A stretch of DNA of 64,000 bases from Candidatus Obscuribacteraceae bacterium (GTDB taxonomy: Bacteria; Cyanobacteriota; Vampirovibrionia; Obscuribacterales; Obscuribacteraceae), in the NCBI GenBank assembly GCA_044229845.1, contig JBGASG010000007.1, positions 32,001-96,000 of the forward strand. Direction: 5' to 3'. Shown one piece after another: positions 31,100 through 39,246 of this stretch; the stretch's first letter is position 1; each line of letters opens with the position of its first letter. The notes under the pieces were generated by a model, which saw only the letters and a program-made list of their open reading frames with translations, was not told the DNA's origin and searched no databases. The position numbers and the translations under genes are program-made.

Positions 31100-31969
31100 A
31101 TGAATTGGCAGAATTTCGGCAGCCTCGTCAACGATGCATTCTTCGTGCTAATGACCATCATGCTTTTGCAGCCGGCCATCAAGCGCGGCATGTTGAACAG
31201 CGCTCGCACAGGTCTTTTGCAACAGATCGAGAAGAAACGGAAGTCGCGCGTGATTGCGCTTGTGCATCGCACCGAGACTATGAATCTGTTCGGATTTCCG
31301 GTCATGCAGTTCATCGATATTCAAGACGCCGAACAACTGCTGCGGGCGATCAGGCTGACACCGGATACGATGCCGATCGATATCATTTTGCACACGCCGG
31401 CGGGGCTGTCGCTGGCGGCAGAACAGGTGGCGCGCGCCTTGCGACGGCATCCGGCGAAGATTACAGTCTTCGTTCCGCACTATGCCATGTCCGGCGGCAC
31501 GTTGATCGCGCTTGCCGCCGATGAACTGGTGATGTGCCGCGATGCGGTGCTGGGAGCTCTAGATCCGATCATCGGGCAGTATCCGGCGGCGTCGCTGGTG
31601 ACGATCGCGGAAAAGAAGAATGTCGCCGACATTTCGGATGCAACTTATTTGCAGATTGAACAAGCGAAGAAGGCCATTCAGCAAACGCGTGCCACCACTG
31701 TCGATCTGCTCACCAAGCGCATGCCGAAGGAAGACGCGGAGCGCCTGGCGGGCATTATCACGTCCGGCAGTCACACGCAGGATTATCCGATTGGAGTCGA
31801 CGAACTGCAGGCGATCGGCATGAACGTGACCGAGGATATGCCGCTCGAGGTCTTCCAGTTTATGAACCTCTTCCCGCAGCAGACTAACCGCCGCCCTTCA
31901 GTGGATTTTATACCCCTGCCTTACACCAATCCGCCGAGTGCGCCGCCCCCGGTTGCTCCCGCACCGTAG
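31100..31969 (+). CDS. SDH_sah (DUF114) ClpP-fold serine protease-like protein
   Basis: HTPAG, YAMSGGTLIALAAD, LDP and TQDYPI motifs; N-terminal TM segment. Confidence 0.85.
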   Translation: MNWQNFGSLVNDAFFVLMTIMLLQPAIKRGMLNSARTGLLQQIEKKRKSRVIALVHRTETMNLFGFPVMQFIDIQDAEQLLRAIRLTPDTMPIDIILHTPAGLSLAAEQVARALRRHPAKITVFVPHYAMSGGTLIALAADELVMCRDAVLGALDPIIGQYPAASLVTIAEKKNVADISDATYLQIEQAKKAIQQTRATTVDLLTKRMPKEDAERLAGIITSGSHTQDYPIGVDELQAIGMNVTEDMPLEVFQFMNLFPQQTNRRPSVDFIPLPYTNPPSAPPPVAPAP

Positions 31970-32037
31970 GCTGCTCGTGCCCTGTTGCTCCGGCAGCGGG
32001 AGTTGTGCATAATACCTATCAATAAATAGATGAGGTC

Positions 32038-32535
32038 ATGGTTGTGTCGGATAGCTGGAAAGCAGCCATCGAAGCAGGCAACGCCGCTTTCGAAGATGGA
32101 AGAGTGGCGCAGGCGGAGACGCATTTTCTGGAGGCGGCAAAGGAAGCCGAAGCTTTCGGAGAGCACGATCCACGCCTGGCGTTAAGCCTGAATAATTTGG
32201 CGGCGATCTATCAAACGCAGGGCAAGTTCACGATGGCTGAGCCTTTGTACCTGCGTTCGCTGGATATAAAACGCCAGCATCACGGCGGCGATCATGAAGA
32301 AGTGGCGCTTAACTTACATAATTTGGCCGTGCTCTACAGCGCGCGGCGGATGTATCCCGTTGCCGAGAAGTATTACAAAGAAACGCTGGAGATGAAGGAG
32401 CGCCTTTACGGCAAAGACCATCCGCAACTTATGAATACGCTCAAATATTTTGCGCAACTGATGAAGGTGCTCAACCGGCCGATCGATCTCAAGCTCTTGG
32501 AATCACGCTTAGCTGAGATCTCTGCCAAGCAGTAA
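32038..32535 (+). CDS. Small TPR_12 (kinesin-light-chain-like) protein
   Basis: Repeats SLNNLAAIY..QGK..AEPLY.RSL.I and LHNLAVLY. Confidence 0.85.
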   Translation: MVVSDSWKAAIEAGNAAFEDGRVAQAETHFLEAAKEAEAFGEHDPRLALSLNNLAAIYQTQGKFTMAEPLYLRSLDIKRQHHGGDHEEVALNLHNLAVLYSARRMYPVAEKYYKETLEMKERLYGKDHPQLMNTLKYFAQLMKVLNRPIDLKLLESRLAEISAKQ

Positions 32536-32557
32536 CACCTTCTTCGGAGGCGCATGC

Positions 32558-34561
32558 ATGCCACGGCAATATACGATTAAGCGCGAAGAAAGCGCTCGTT
32601 TCAAGATTGACTATCAAAGCAAGCTCGACCCGCAACAATACGCGGTGGTGACGTCCAGTGGTGGACCGACGCTGGTAATTGCGGGCGCCGGCTCCGGTAA
32701 GACCCGCACCGTCACTTATCGGGTGGCGCGTTTAATAGAGCAGGGCGTCGGACCGGAGCGCATTCTTTTGGTCACGTTCACCAATCGCGCGGCGCGAGAC
32801 ATGTTGCAGCGCATCGAAGGAGTGATCGAGGCCGAGGTGCGCCGGGTCTGGGGCGGTACCTTCCATGCCATCGGCAACCGCATCCTGCGGCGCCACGCCG
32901 ATGTGCTCGGCTACACGCAAAGCTTCTCGATCCTCGATGCCGAGGATGCCAAAGACATGATCGATAACGCAATCGAATCGGCAGGCGTTAACACTAAAGA
33001 ACGGTTGTTTCCGTCTTCCGGCGTCCTGCAGGAGATGTTCAGTCTGGCTATCAACAAATGCATATCGATGGAAGAGTTGCTGCAGAGCACCGCACCGCAT
33101 CTGGTGCAGGTCGAAGACCAGATCGAAAAGGTCTTCGAACAATTCAGTGCGCGCAAACGCAAAGCCAACACCATGGACTACGACGACTTGCTGCTCAACT
33201 GGAAGCTGCTGCTCGAAGAACACGACGAGATTCGCCAGTACTGGGGGCAACAGTTCGAGCACATCCTGGTCGATGAGTTTCAAGATACGAATAAGCTGCA
33301 ATCCGACGTCATTGATTTGCTGGCCAGCGTGCACAAAAACGTCATGGTTGTCGGCGACGACGCGCAGTCTATTTACGCCTGGCGCGGCGCTAACTTTGCC
33401 AACATCTACAACTTTCAAGAGCGATACGAGAACGCCACCGTTTTCAAAATCGAGCGCAACTACCGCTCGCGCCCCGAAATATTGCAGGTGGCGAATGCGT
33501 CAATCGCTTGCAACGTCAAGCAATTCTCCAAGACGCTGACAGCGGCGCGCGCCTCCGCCAATGAGAAACCAGGGCTGGTGCCGCTGCAAGACGTCGACCA
33601 GCAAGCCGCATTCGTTGCCAGTCGCATTCTGGAACTGCGTGACGGCGGTGTGCCGCTTTCTGAGATCGCAGTTTTATATCGCAGTCACTGGCATTGTCTG
33701 GAAATGCAACTGGAGTTGACGCGCCGCGGCATTCCGTACAACATTCGCTCCGGGGTGCGCTTCTTTGAGCAAGCACATATAAAGGATATTGTTTCCTTTC
33801 TGCGCATCGTGGTGAATGCCAGGGATGAGGTGGCGTGGAAGCGTCTGCTCAAGATAGTGCCCGGCATCGGGCGCGCGACCGCGATGCGCATCTGGGAGCG
33901 CATCGCTGCCAGCGACGACCCGATTGCCATGATGGAACGTCCTGACTTTTCGGCTCGCCCAAAGTCAAAAGATGCGTGGGCGCGATTCGTCGAGCTCTTG
34001 AAGCAACTCAATGCTCCCGCCGTCAAGGACAGACCGGCGTTGCAAATCGAACTGGTGATGAACAGTTTCTATCGAGATCATCTGCTCAATGCCTACGAAA
34101 ACGCCAACAGTCGCGCCGAAGATTTGACGCAATTGGCCAACTATGCTGGGCGATCTCAGTCGACGCAGGAGTTTCTCTCCGAATTGAGTTTGATCGCATC
34201 CGAGCGTTTCTCGCCACCTGATTCCGCGGCCGGCGAAGATGTCGTGTTGCCTGACGATGATGACGAGGAGATGGTTCTGACCTCAATACACCAGGCGAAG
34301 GGATTGGAGTGGCGCTTCGTATTCCTTATATGGGCTGCCGACGGCAAATTTCCCTCCGCGCGTTCGCTCAAAGAAACGGACATGATAGAGGAAGAACGCA
34401 GACTGTTTTATGTCGCCGTTACGCGCGCTAAGGATGAGTTTCACGCGGTCTATCCGTTGATCGAATCGGATTATTCACGAATGTCGGTGGTGCAAAGACC
34501 ATCTCGTTTTGTCACCGAAGTCGCCGAAGACCTGTTCGAGCTGTGGCAGGTAGACGGTTAG
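32558..34561 (+). CDS. UvrD/PcrA-family SF1A DNA helicase
   Basis: AGAGSGKT, TFT, GTFH, DEFQD, VGDDAQSIY, NYRS, SIHQAKGLEW and YVAVTRA. Confidence 0.95.
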   Translation: MPRQYTIKREESARFKIDYQSKLDPQQYAVVTSSGGPTLVIAGAGSGKTRTVTYRVARLIEQGVGPERILLVTFTNRAARDMLQRIEGVIEAEVRRVWGGTFHAIGNRILRRHADVLGYTQSFSILDAEDAKDMIDNAIESAGVNTKERLFPSSGVLQEMFSLAINKCISMEELLQSTAPHLVQVEDQIEKVFEQFSARKRKANTMDYDDLLLNWKLLLEEHDEIRQYWGQQFEHILVDEFQDTNKLQSDVIDLLASVHKNVMVVGDDAQSIYAWRGANFANIYNFQERYENATVFKIERNYRSRPEILQVANASIACNVKQFSKTLTAARASANEKPGLVPLQDVDQQAAFVASRILELRDGGVPLSEIAVLYRSHWHCLEMQLELTRRGIPYNIRSGVRFFEQAHIKDIVSFLRIVVNARDEVAWKRLLKIVPGIGRATAMRIWERIAASDDPIAMMERPDFSARPKSKDAWARFVELLKQLNAPAVKDRPALQIELVMNSFYRDHLLNAYENANSRAEDLTQLANYAGRSQSTQEFLSELSLIASERFSPPDSAAGEDVVLPDDDDEEMVLTSIHQAKGLEWRFVFLIWAADGKFPSARSLKETDMIEEERRLFYVAVTRAKDEFHAVYPLIESDYSRMSVVQRPSRFVTEVAEDLFELWQVDG

Positions 34562-34716
34562 GGGCTAACTGCTCAGCTTCACTTTTTCTGCTGCCGAGAT
34601 GGAACCGATCGGCAGCCCATCCGTCGATGCTTTCAACAGAAATCTAAGAAAAGACAAAAAACAGATTTCGCGAAATCAGACGAGAAAGAAAAAGAATTAG
34701 TGGAGGTACTTTCATT

Positions 34717-35238
34717 ATGCGTGCAAAGAGATTGGCCATTATGTTGGCCAGCGCCGTTACCCTGCTTGCGCCGGTCGCCAAAGCCGACTGCGTGAAAACT
34801 GTCGACAAGCTTCTTGGTTACACGCCGGCCGAGACCGTCGTGATCGAGCAAGCTGCGGTAGTCGACAATTGCCCGCCGGCTCCGGCTGCCACAGTTATCG
34901 AGACGACGACAACCATGCCTGTCGTCATCACAACTTTGATTCCCGTGCCGGATGACCTGAACATCCGTCAGCGCGAACTGAAGATGAAAATCGATGACAA
35001 ACTGGCTGAAGGCAGCATCACTTCTTCGGAAGCCAGCAGCCTGAAGACCGCCATGTCTCACGTTGATTCGGTTGAAGCCGACTTCCGTTCGGATGGTCAT
35101 CTCAGCTACAAAGAATCCAAAAAGCTGTACCGCGCCATGGACCAAGTCGGCAGCGACCTGGACTTCATGGCTGAAGATCCGAGCATCTTCGGTCTGCCGC
35201 TGCGCACTGGACATCTCCTGCGCAACTGGGAAATCTAA
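34717..35238 (+). CDS. Exported hypothetical protein
   Basis: Strong SD (GGAGG), signal peptide (AKA-D), helical domain and a downstream terminator. Confidence 0.75.
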   Translation: MRAKRLAIMLASAVTLLAPVAKADCVKTVDKLLGYTPAETVVIEQAAVVDNCPPAPAATVIETTTTMPVVITTLIPVPDDLNIRQRELKMKIDDKLAEGSITSSEASSLKTAMSHVDSVEADFRSDGHLSYKESKKLYRAMDQVGSDLDFMAEDPSIFGLPLRTGHLLRNWEI

Positions 35239-35258
35239 CAACCGGTAAACAGATAACG

Positions 35259-35289
35259 GAGGGGGCGGGGTGACCGCCCTCTTTTGTTT
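35259..35289 (+). terminator. Rho-independent terminator
   Basis: Stem GAGGGGGCGG / CCGCCCTCTT with a 5-nt loop, followed by TTGTTT, 20 nt after the stop. Confidence 0.75.
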
Positions 35290-35362
35290 AGGCGCACGAA
35301 CAGCCTGCCGGGCACAGTATCGCGCCTGGAGCAGCGGACCAGGAAAAAAACGGAGACAGATC

Positions 35363-35536
35363 ATGAACCCTGAGCTCAAAGATGTAGCAGAGGATACTTG
35401 CGAACACACGCCGTGCACATGTCCACCAATAGATGGTGGCAAGTTCTGCTGCGACCAATGCGAGAACGCCGGCGACATCGGTCCATCTGCATGCCAGTGC
35501 GGGCACAGTGACTGCACCGCCACCGGCGGCAAGTAA
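35363..35536 (+). CDS. Bacterial metallothionein (57 aa)
   Basis: MNPELKDVAEDTCEHTPCTCPPIDGGKFCCDQCENAGDIGPSACQCGHSDCTATGGK has 9 Cys and 2 His in CxHxxCxC, FCCxxC and CxCGHxxC motifs; GGAGA SD upstream. Confidence 0.8.
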   Translation: MNPELKDVAEDTCEHTPCTCPPIDGGKFCCDQCENAGDIGPSACQCGHSDCTATGGK

Positions 35537-35635
35537 CACCGGTTCCCCGTCAAGAACCGTGCACAGCGAAGCGCGAGGCTCACCGCGCGCCGCTCTCCGC
35601 GGCTCGTCACAGCATGCTTTCTTCCCTAGCGAGTG

Positions 35636-35743
35636 TGGCCAGATTGGCAATTTATCAAGCTGGAAAATTGCCAATCTGGCCAGTAGCTGCCTTTTTAATC
35701 TGAATTTGCAGGCGAATGACCTCAAAAGTTGCCAATCTGGCAA
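35636..35743. promoter_or_regulatory. Three-copy 15-bp palindromic operator array, consensus TTGCCA-N3-TGGCAA
   Basis: TGGCCAGATTGGCAA at 35636-35650, TTGCCAATCTGGCCA at 35668-35682 and TTGCCAATCTGGCAA at 35729-35743. The first two form a perfect 18-bp inverted repeat. Confidence 0.65.
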
Positions 35744-35881
35744 TTCTTACATCGCCTCCACACTTACTCCACACAAACGACACGTTGAGTGCACAGGTTA
35801 TTCCTAAACTCATCGAGAACCGCGGCACCCATCCCGCCCGAAGCCCCACCGCCCCACTCACTTCCGAGAGGTGTTCTCGTC

Positions 35882-36748
35882 ATGACACAAGCAAAAACCC
35901 TGCCACCGGCGCGATCTAAATCAGCTAAAGGGAGAGCGGCACAGATCGATTGGGATCTACCCAGAGCGGACTTCCGTAATCAATCTGAGTTCGACCCAGC
36001 TTTCATTGCCGACCTGAGAGGTGCTGAGCATGCGGTTCTGATCTGTTGTCCGTTTCTTAAGCCCAACCGACTTGAGCAGCTCGGAGGTGAGCTTTTCCAG
36101 TTGCCACTGCGGGGCGTCCAGGTCTGCGTCTTCGCGCAGATGCCGCGCCTTTGGGAGCAGCGAGACCGTGCGAACGCCTTTGAATTGGCGAGAATTCGCG
36201 AGTTGGAAATCGCGATCGAGCTTTTGGAAAAGCACGGCATCCATGTCAATTTGGTGCAGGGGCTCCACCAGAAGATTTGTGTGATCGATGGCTGCATCTT
36301 GTGGTTCGGCAGTCTAAACATCTTGAGCTATTTCGATACCAAGGAGGAAATGATGCGCACAATCGATCCTGCAGTAGCTCTAAATGTGATCAAGCGAAAT
36401 CTGATGACCAAATGCCAGCCCTGCCGCGCTGCCCGCAAACCGGTTCCCGCAGTCGAGACGATTTTTGATGTGGATAAAGTTGGCACCCTGATTGCTGAAA
36501 TTAGGGAAAAGGCTGGTTATACGCAAGCAGACCTGGCAAAAATAACAGGACTGACGGCTTCCCAAATCAGCCGCATCGAGTCCAGCCGGCGCCCGGCGAC
36601 ATTGCCTCAGCTGAAGGTGATACTCAATGGTCTTGGACGAGAGATCTGCCTGCTGGCGCCCGGTGTGGTCGGCTATCTTGAGGAGATTGATTTTGTCGTT
36701 GGTGAAGCGCGGATGCGCACGCGTGGATCGGGATCGACTGGCGTATGA
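35882..36748 (+). CDS. PLD-superfamily (HKD) nuclease-like domain fused to a C-terminal XRE helix-turn-helix
   Basis: HQKICVIDGCILWFGSLN fits HxKxxxxDx6GSxN; CQPC linker; IREKAGYTQADLAKITGLTASQISRIES is an HTH_3 motif; GAGGTG SD upstream of the ATG at 35882. Confidence 0.82.
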   Translation: MTQAKTLPPARSKSAKGRAAQIDWDLPRADFRNQSEFDPAFIADLRGAEHAVLICCPFLKPNRLEQLGGELFQLPLRGVQVCVFAQMPRLWEQRDRANAFELARIRELEIAIELLEKHGIHVNLVQGLHQKICVIDGCILWFGSLNILSYFDTKEEMMRTIDPAVALNVIKRNLMTKCQPCRAARKPVPAVETIFDVDKVGTLIAEIREKAGYTQADLAKITGLTASQISRIESSRRPATLPQLKVILNGLGREICLLAPGVVGYLEEIDFVVGEARMRTRGSGSTGV

Positions 36749-36802
36749 AGCAGCGGAGCGCCTGAAGCCGCGGATGCGCGTGCCCCCCGGTGCGCGTGCA
36801 GA

Positions 36803-39145
36803 TCAATGCACCGGCAGTGTGCAGTACAAGGTGGTGCCGCGACCGGCCTCTGATTCCGACCAGACGCGTCCGCCCATGCGTTCGACGTTGTTGCGCGCCA
36901 GATAAAGGGACAGGCGCTGGCTGTAGCTGTCTTCCGCGTGCTTGCCTTCTATGAAGCCGACAAACATGTCTTCGATGTCATCCTGAGCGACCGCCGGACC
37001 CGATGAATTTATCTGCACCCGAATCTCGTTGCCTTTCAAGGTGCTCTCGACGCGCACCCTGCCACCAGGGGCGGTGATTTGAATAGCCTTCTCCAGCAAT
37101 TGCACGACGACGCTGCGCACCACTTCTTTGTCGACGGCGGTGGTCGGCAACCCGGTCACAGTCTTGTAGTCGAGCAATATCTGGTGCTGGCGGGCGGTCT
37201 GCGAAACCTGCTCCATGCACTCGCCGATCAACCGCGTCACCGAAACCTGTTCGCGCGGCGTGATTGATGCCGGCACGAAGCCGCCGTACATCATGACGTA
37301 GCTGTCGACGATGCCGAGCAGTTGCGTGTACTGGTTGTGCAAGTCGACCAGCGCCTGCCCGAGGGCGGGGTTGACTCCGTTGGAGCTGGTGTTGGTCAAA
37401 ATCGGTTTCCAGCGCTGCTCTGCGGTCACCAGCTGTCCGCGGATTTGTTCGGACAACATGTTGGTTATGTCTTCCCGCATGCGGGCCACTTCGCCGTGAA
37501 TGGACTTATCACGCAAGACCATGACGTAGCCGGAAATCTCGTTGCCGCCATCGGCGACGATCGGATGCAGGTGCGCCAGCACATCGACCTTCTTCTGCTC
37601 GTAATTGTGATGCACCACACCTTCGGGATAGAACTGCTGAATCAAGTCACCAGGGGCGCCACCATGATGGGAGAATGCCAGCCCCGAGCCCATGCCGTTA
37701 TTGCCCGGCGCTTCGCCGGGTTTCTTGACGAGATCGAAGCAGAAGCGACCGGCAATCTCGCCTTCGCTGACGCCCATCCAGGTGAGGAAAATTGGATTTG
37801 CCGAAAGTACGTTGCCGTATTGGTCGAGCAGCAAAAATCCTTCCGTTGACACCATCAAAACCGAGGCCAGCTTCTGCTGCAAAACTACCGCTTGCTGGCT
37901 GGCGTAATTCATTTGTTTTGATAGTTCGGAGAGCTGACGGCTCTGCATCATGAGCTGGCGATTGGTGGCTTCCACCTGACTGTTAGCCTGGTCCACCATC
38001 TTGGATTTTTCGTCCACTTCATCCATGTATTTGTTGATCTGACCGCGCAGGTTTTGCACGCTCGAGCGCGGTGCCGCCACAGCGGTATCGATGATCTCCG
38101 CCAATTCCAGCCACTCGCCCTGCAAGCGGCCTTCCAGCGAGAGCAAGTTGGGTTTGTTGGCTGCCAGATCTTTGGCGCGCTTGATCAAGAAGCGCACCGA
38201 GTTGTTGAACCGACTCGATATGGCCATGCTGAACATGATGGCCAGCAAGATCGCGGCGACGAAGCCAACACCGGCTTGCAAAATAATCGTTGCGGTGCGC
38301 GGCATGACATTGCGGATTGGCGCCGTCGTCAGCACCACCCCTGGTGTGCGATTAGCGTTTTCGGCGGCGCGAATCAGCGGCACAGCCCGCCACATGCGGT
38401 TGCCGTCTTCATAAATGCCGGTGTTCTGTTTGATTGCTTTGGCGCCTTCGCGCTGCAGCTTTTGAATATAGCCGCCCCCGCCTTTTTGCAGGTCGGGTGT
38501 GAAGTCTTGGACGCGCCCGTGATCGATGTCGTAAGCGATGAAATCAATCTTTGGCACGGCACCATCGCTGAGCATCTCCAGCTTTTGCTGCAATCCCATG
38601 AGAAACTGCGTGTTGATCGGTTGGCTGATTACAACGACGCCGTCGCCGTCCTTCAAGCGCTGCATGTTGCTGACGCCCAGACCGGAAGCTTCTGTCGGCA
38701 TGAGCGCGCCTGAGTAATGTCCGGTTTTGTTATCTGCGAGAACCCGCGGCAACTCTGGAACCTGATCGAGTACCGAATATCCGGAGCGATTGGGCGAGTC
38801 AGAGCTGTAGAAGACCTTGCCGTCTTTGGAGATGACGGTTATGTAGCCGGGGATGCCGAATTTCGAGGCGAAGTTGTTGATTGCAGTCCCCATCGCCCCC
38901 TTGTCACGGGAAGACCAGGCGCTTTGGAACGCGGAGTCGGCTGCCAGGCGGGCGGCGAGTTCTCGATTAGAAGACAGGATGCCCTTGAACTCATCCCAAG
39001 TCTTGGTGGATGCGACTTCTACCTGGTGAGCCGACTGATTACGGGCGTCGCTGAATTCGGCGAACAGCTGATAACCGGCATTGGCCAGAACTGCGGCCAC
39101 AATGACGATGAAGAAGGCAAAATTGAGCTTGGCGGCAAGTCCCAA
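36803..39145 (-). CDS. Membrane sensor histidine-kinase-like protein (periplasmic sensor, coiled coil, PAS, degenerate DHp/HATPase)
   Basis: Two TM helices, a PAS domain (EGFLLLD..G.VLSAN), RNNVERMGGRVWSES..GRGTT; catalytic boxes degenerate; TTG start with AGGGG SD. Confidence 0.85.
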   Translation of the reverse strand: MGLAAKLNFAFFIVIVAAVLANAGYQLFAEFSDARNQSAHQVEVASTKTWDEFKGILSSNRELAARLAADSAFQSAWSSRDKGAMGTAINNFASKFGIPGYITVISKDGKVFYSSDSPNRSGYSVLDQVPELPRVLADNKTGHYSGALMPTEASGLGVSNMQRLKDGDGVVVISQPINTQFLMGLQQKLEMLSDGAVPKIDFIAYDIDHGRVQDFTPDLQKGGGGYIQKLQREGAKAIKQNTGIYEDGNRMWRAVPLIRAAENANRTPGVVLTTAPIRNVMPRTATIILQAGVGFVAAILLAIMFSMAISSRFNNSVRFLIKRAKDLAANKPNLLSLEGRLQGEWLELAEIIDTAVAAPRSSVQNLRGQINKYMDEVDEKSKMVDQANSQVEATNRQLMMQSRQLSELSKQMNYASQQAVVLQQKLASVLMVSTEGFLLLDQYGNVLSANPIFLTWMGVSEGEIAGRFCFDLVKKPGEAPGNNGMGSGLAFSHHGGAPGDLIQQFYPEGVVHHNYEQKKVDVLAHLHPIVADGGNEISGYVMVLRDKSIHGEVARMREDITNMLSEQIRGQLVTAEQRWKPILTNTSSNGVNPALGQALVDLHNQYTQLLGIVDSYVMMYGGFVPASITPREQVSVTRLIGECMEQVSQTARQHQILLDYKTVTGLPTTAVDKEVVRSVVVQLLEKAIQITAPGGRVRVESTLKGNEIRVQINSSGPAVAQDDIEDMFVGFIEGKHAEDSYSQRLSLYLARNNVERMGGRVWSESEAGRGTTLYCTLPVH

Positions 39146-39246
39146 ATTTACGAAACCCCTGGTCTAGCTGCGTCGGTGTTCTAACACAACTAATAGAAGT
39201 TTATATCTTAATAGGCTAGTGGTCACCTGCTATCGCGAGAACACCT

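Noticed and set aside
30361..31314. 317-aa minus-strand ORF
   Set aside because: Antisense shadow of the rhomboid and SDH protease genes.
26166..34561. sbcDC plus UvrD helicase as an anti-phage system
   Set aside because: All motifs match ordinary housekeeping repair proteins, and composition matches the surrounding genes.
34633..35610. 325-aa minus-strand ORF
   Set aside because: Antisense to the exported protein, terminator and metallothionein, which all have better signals; no motif.
35636..35743. Possible mini-CRISPR array
   Set aside because: Units are only 15 bp, differ in orientation and spacing, and there are no cas genes in the window.
36703..36780. Three loose TGAAGC..GCGGA.GCGC repeats at the end of the PLD-HTH gene, as possible insertion boundaries
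   Set aside because: Short, imperfect and GC-rich, with no convincing match on the upstream side.
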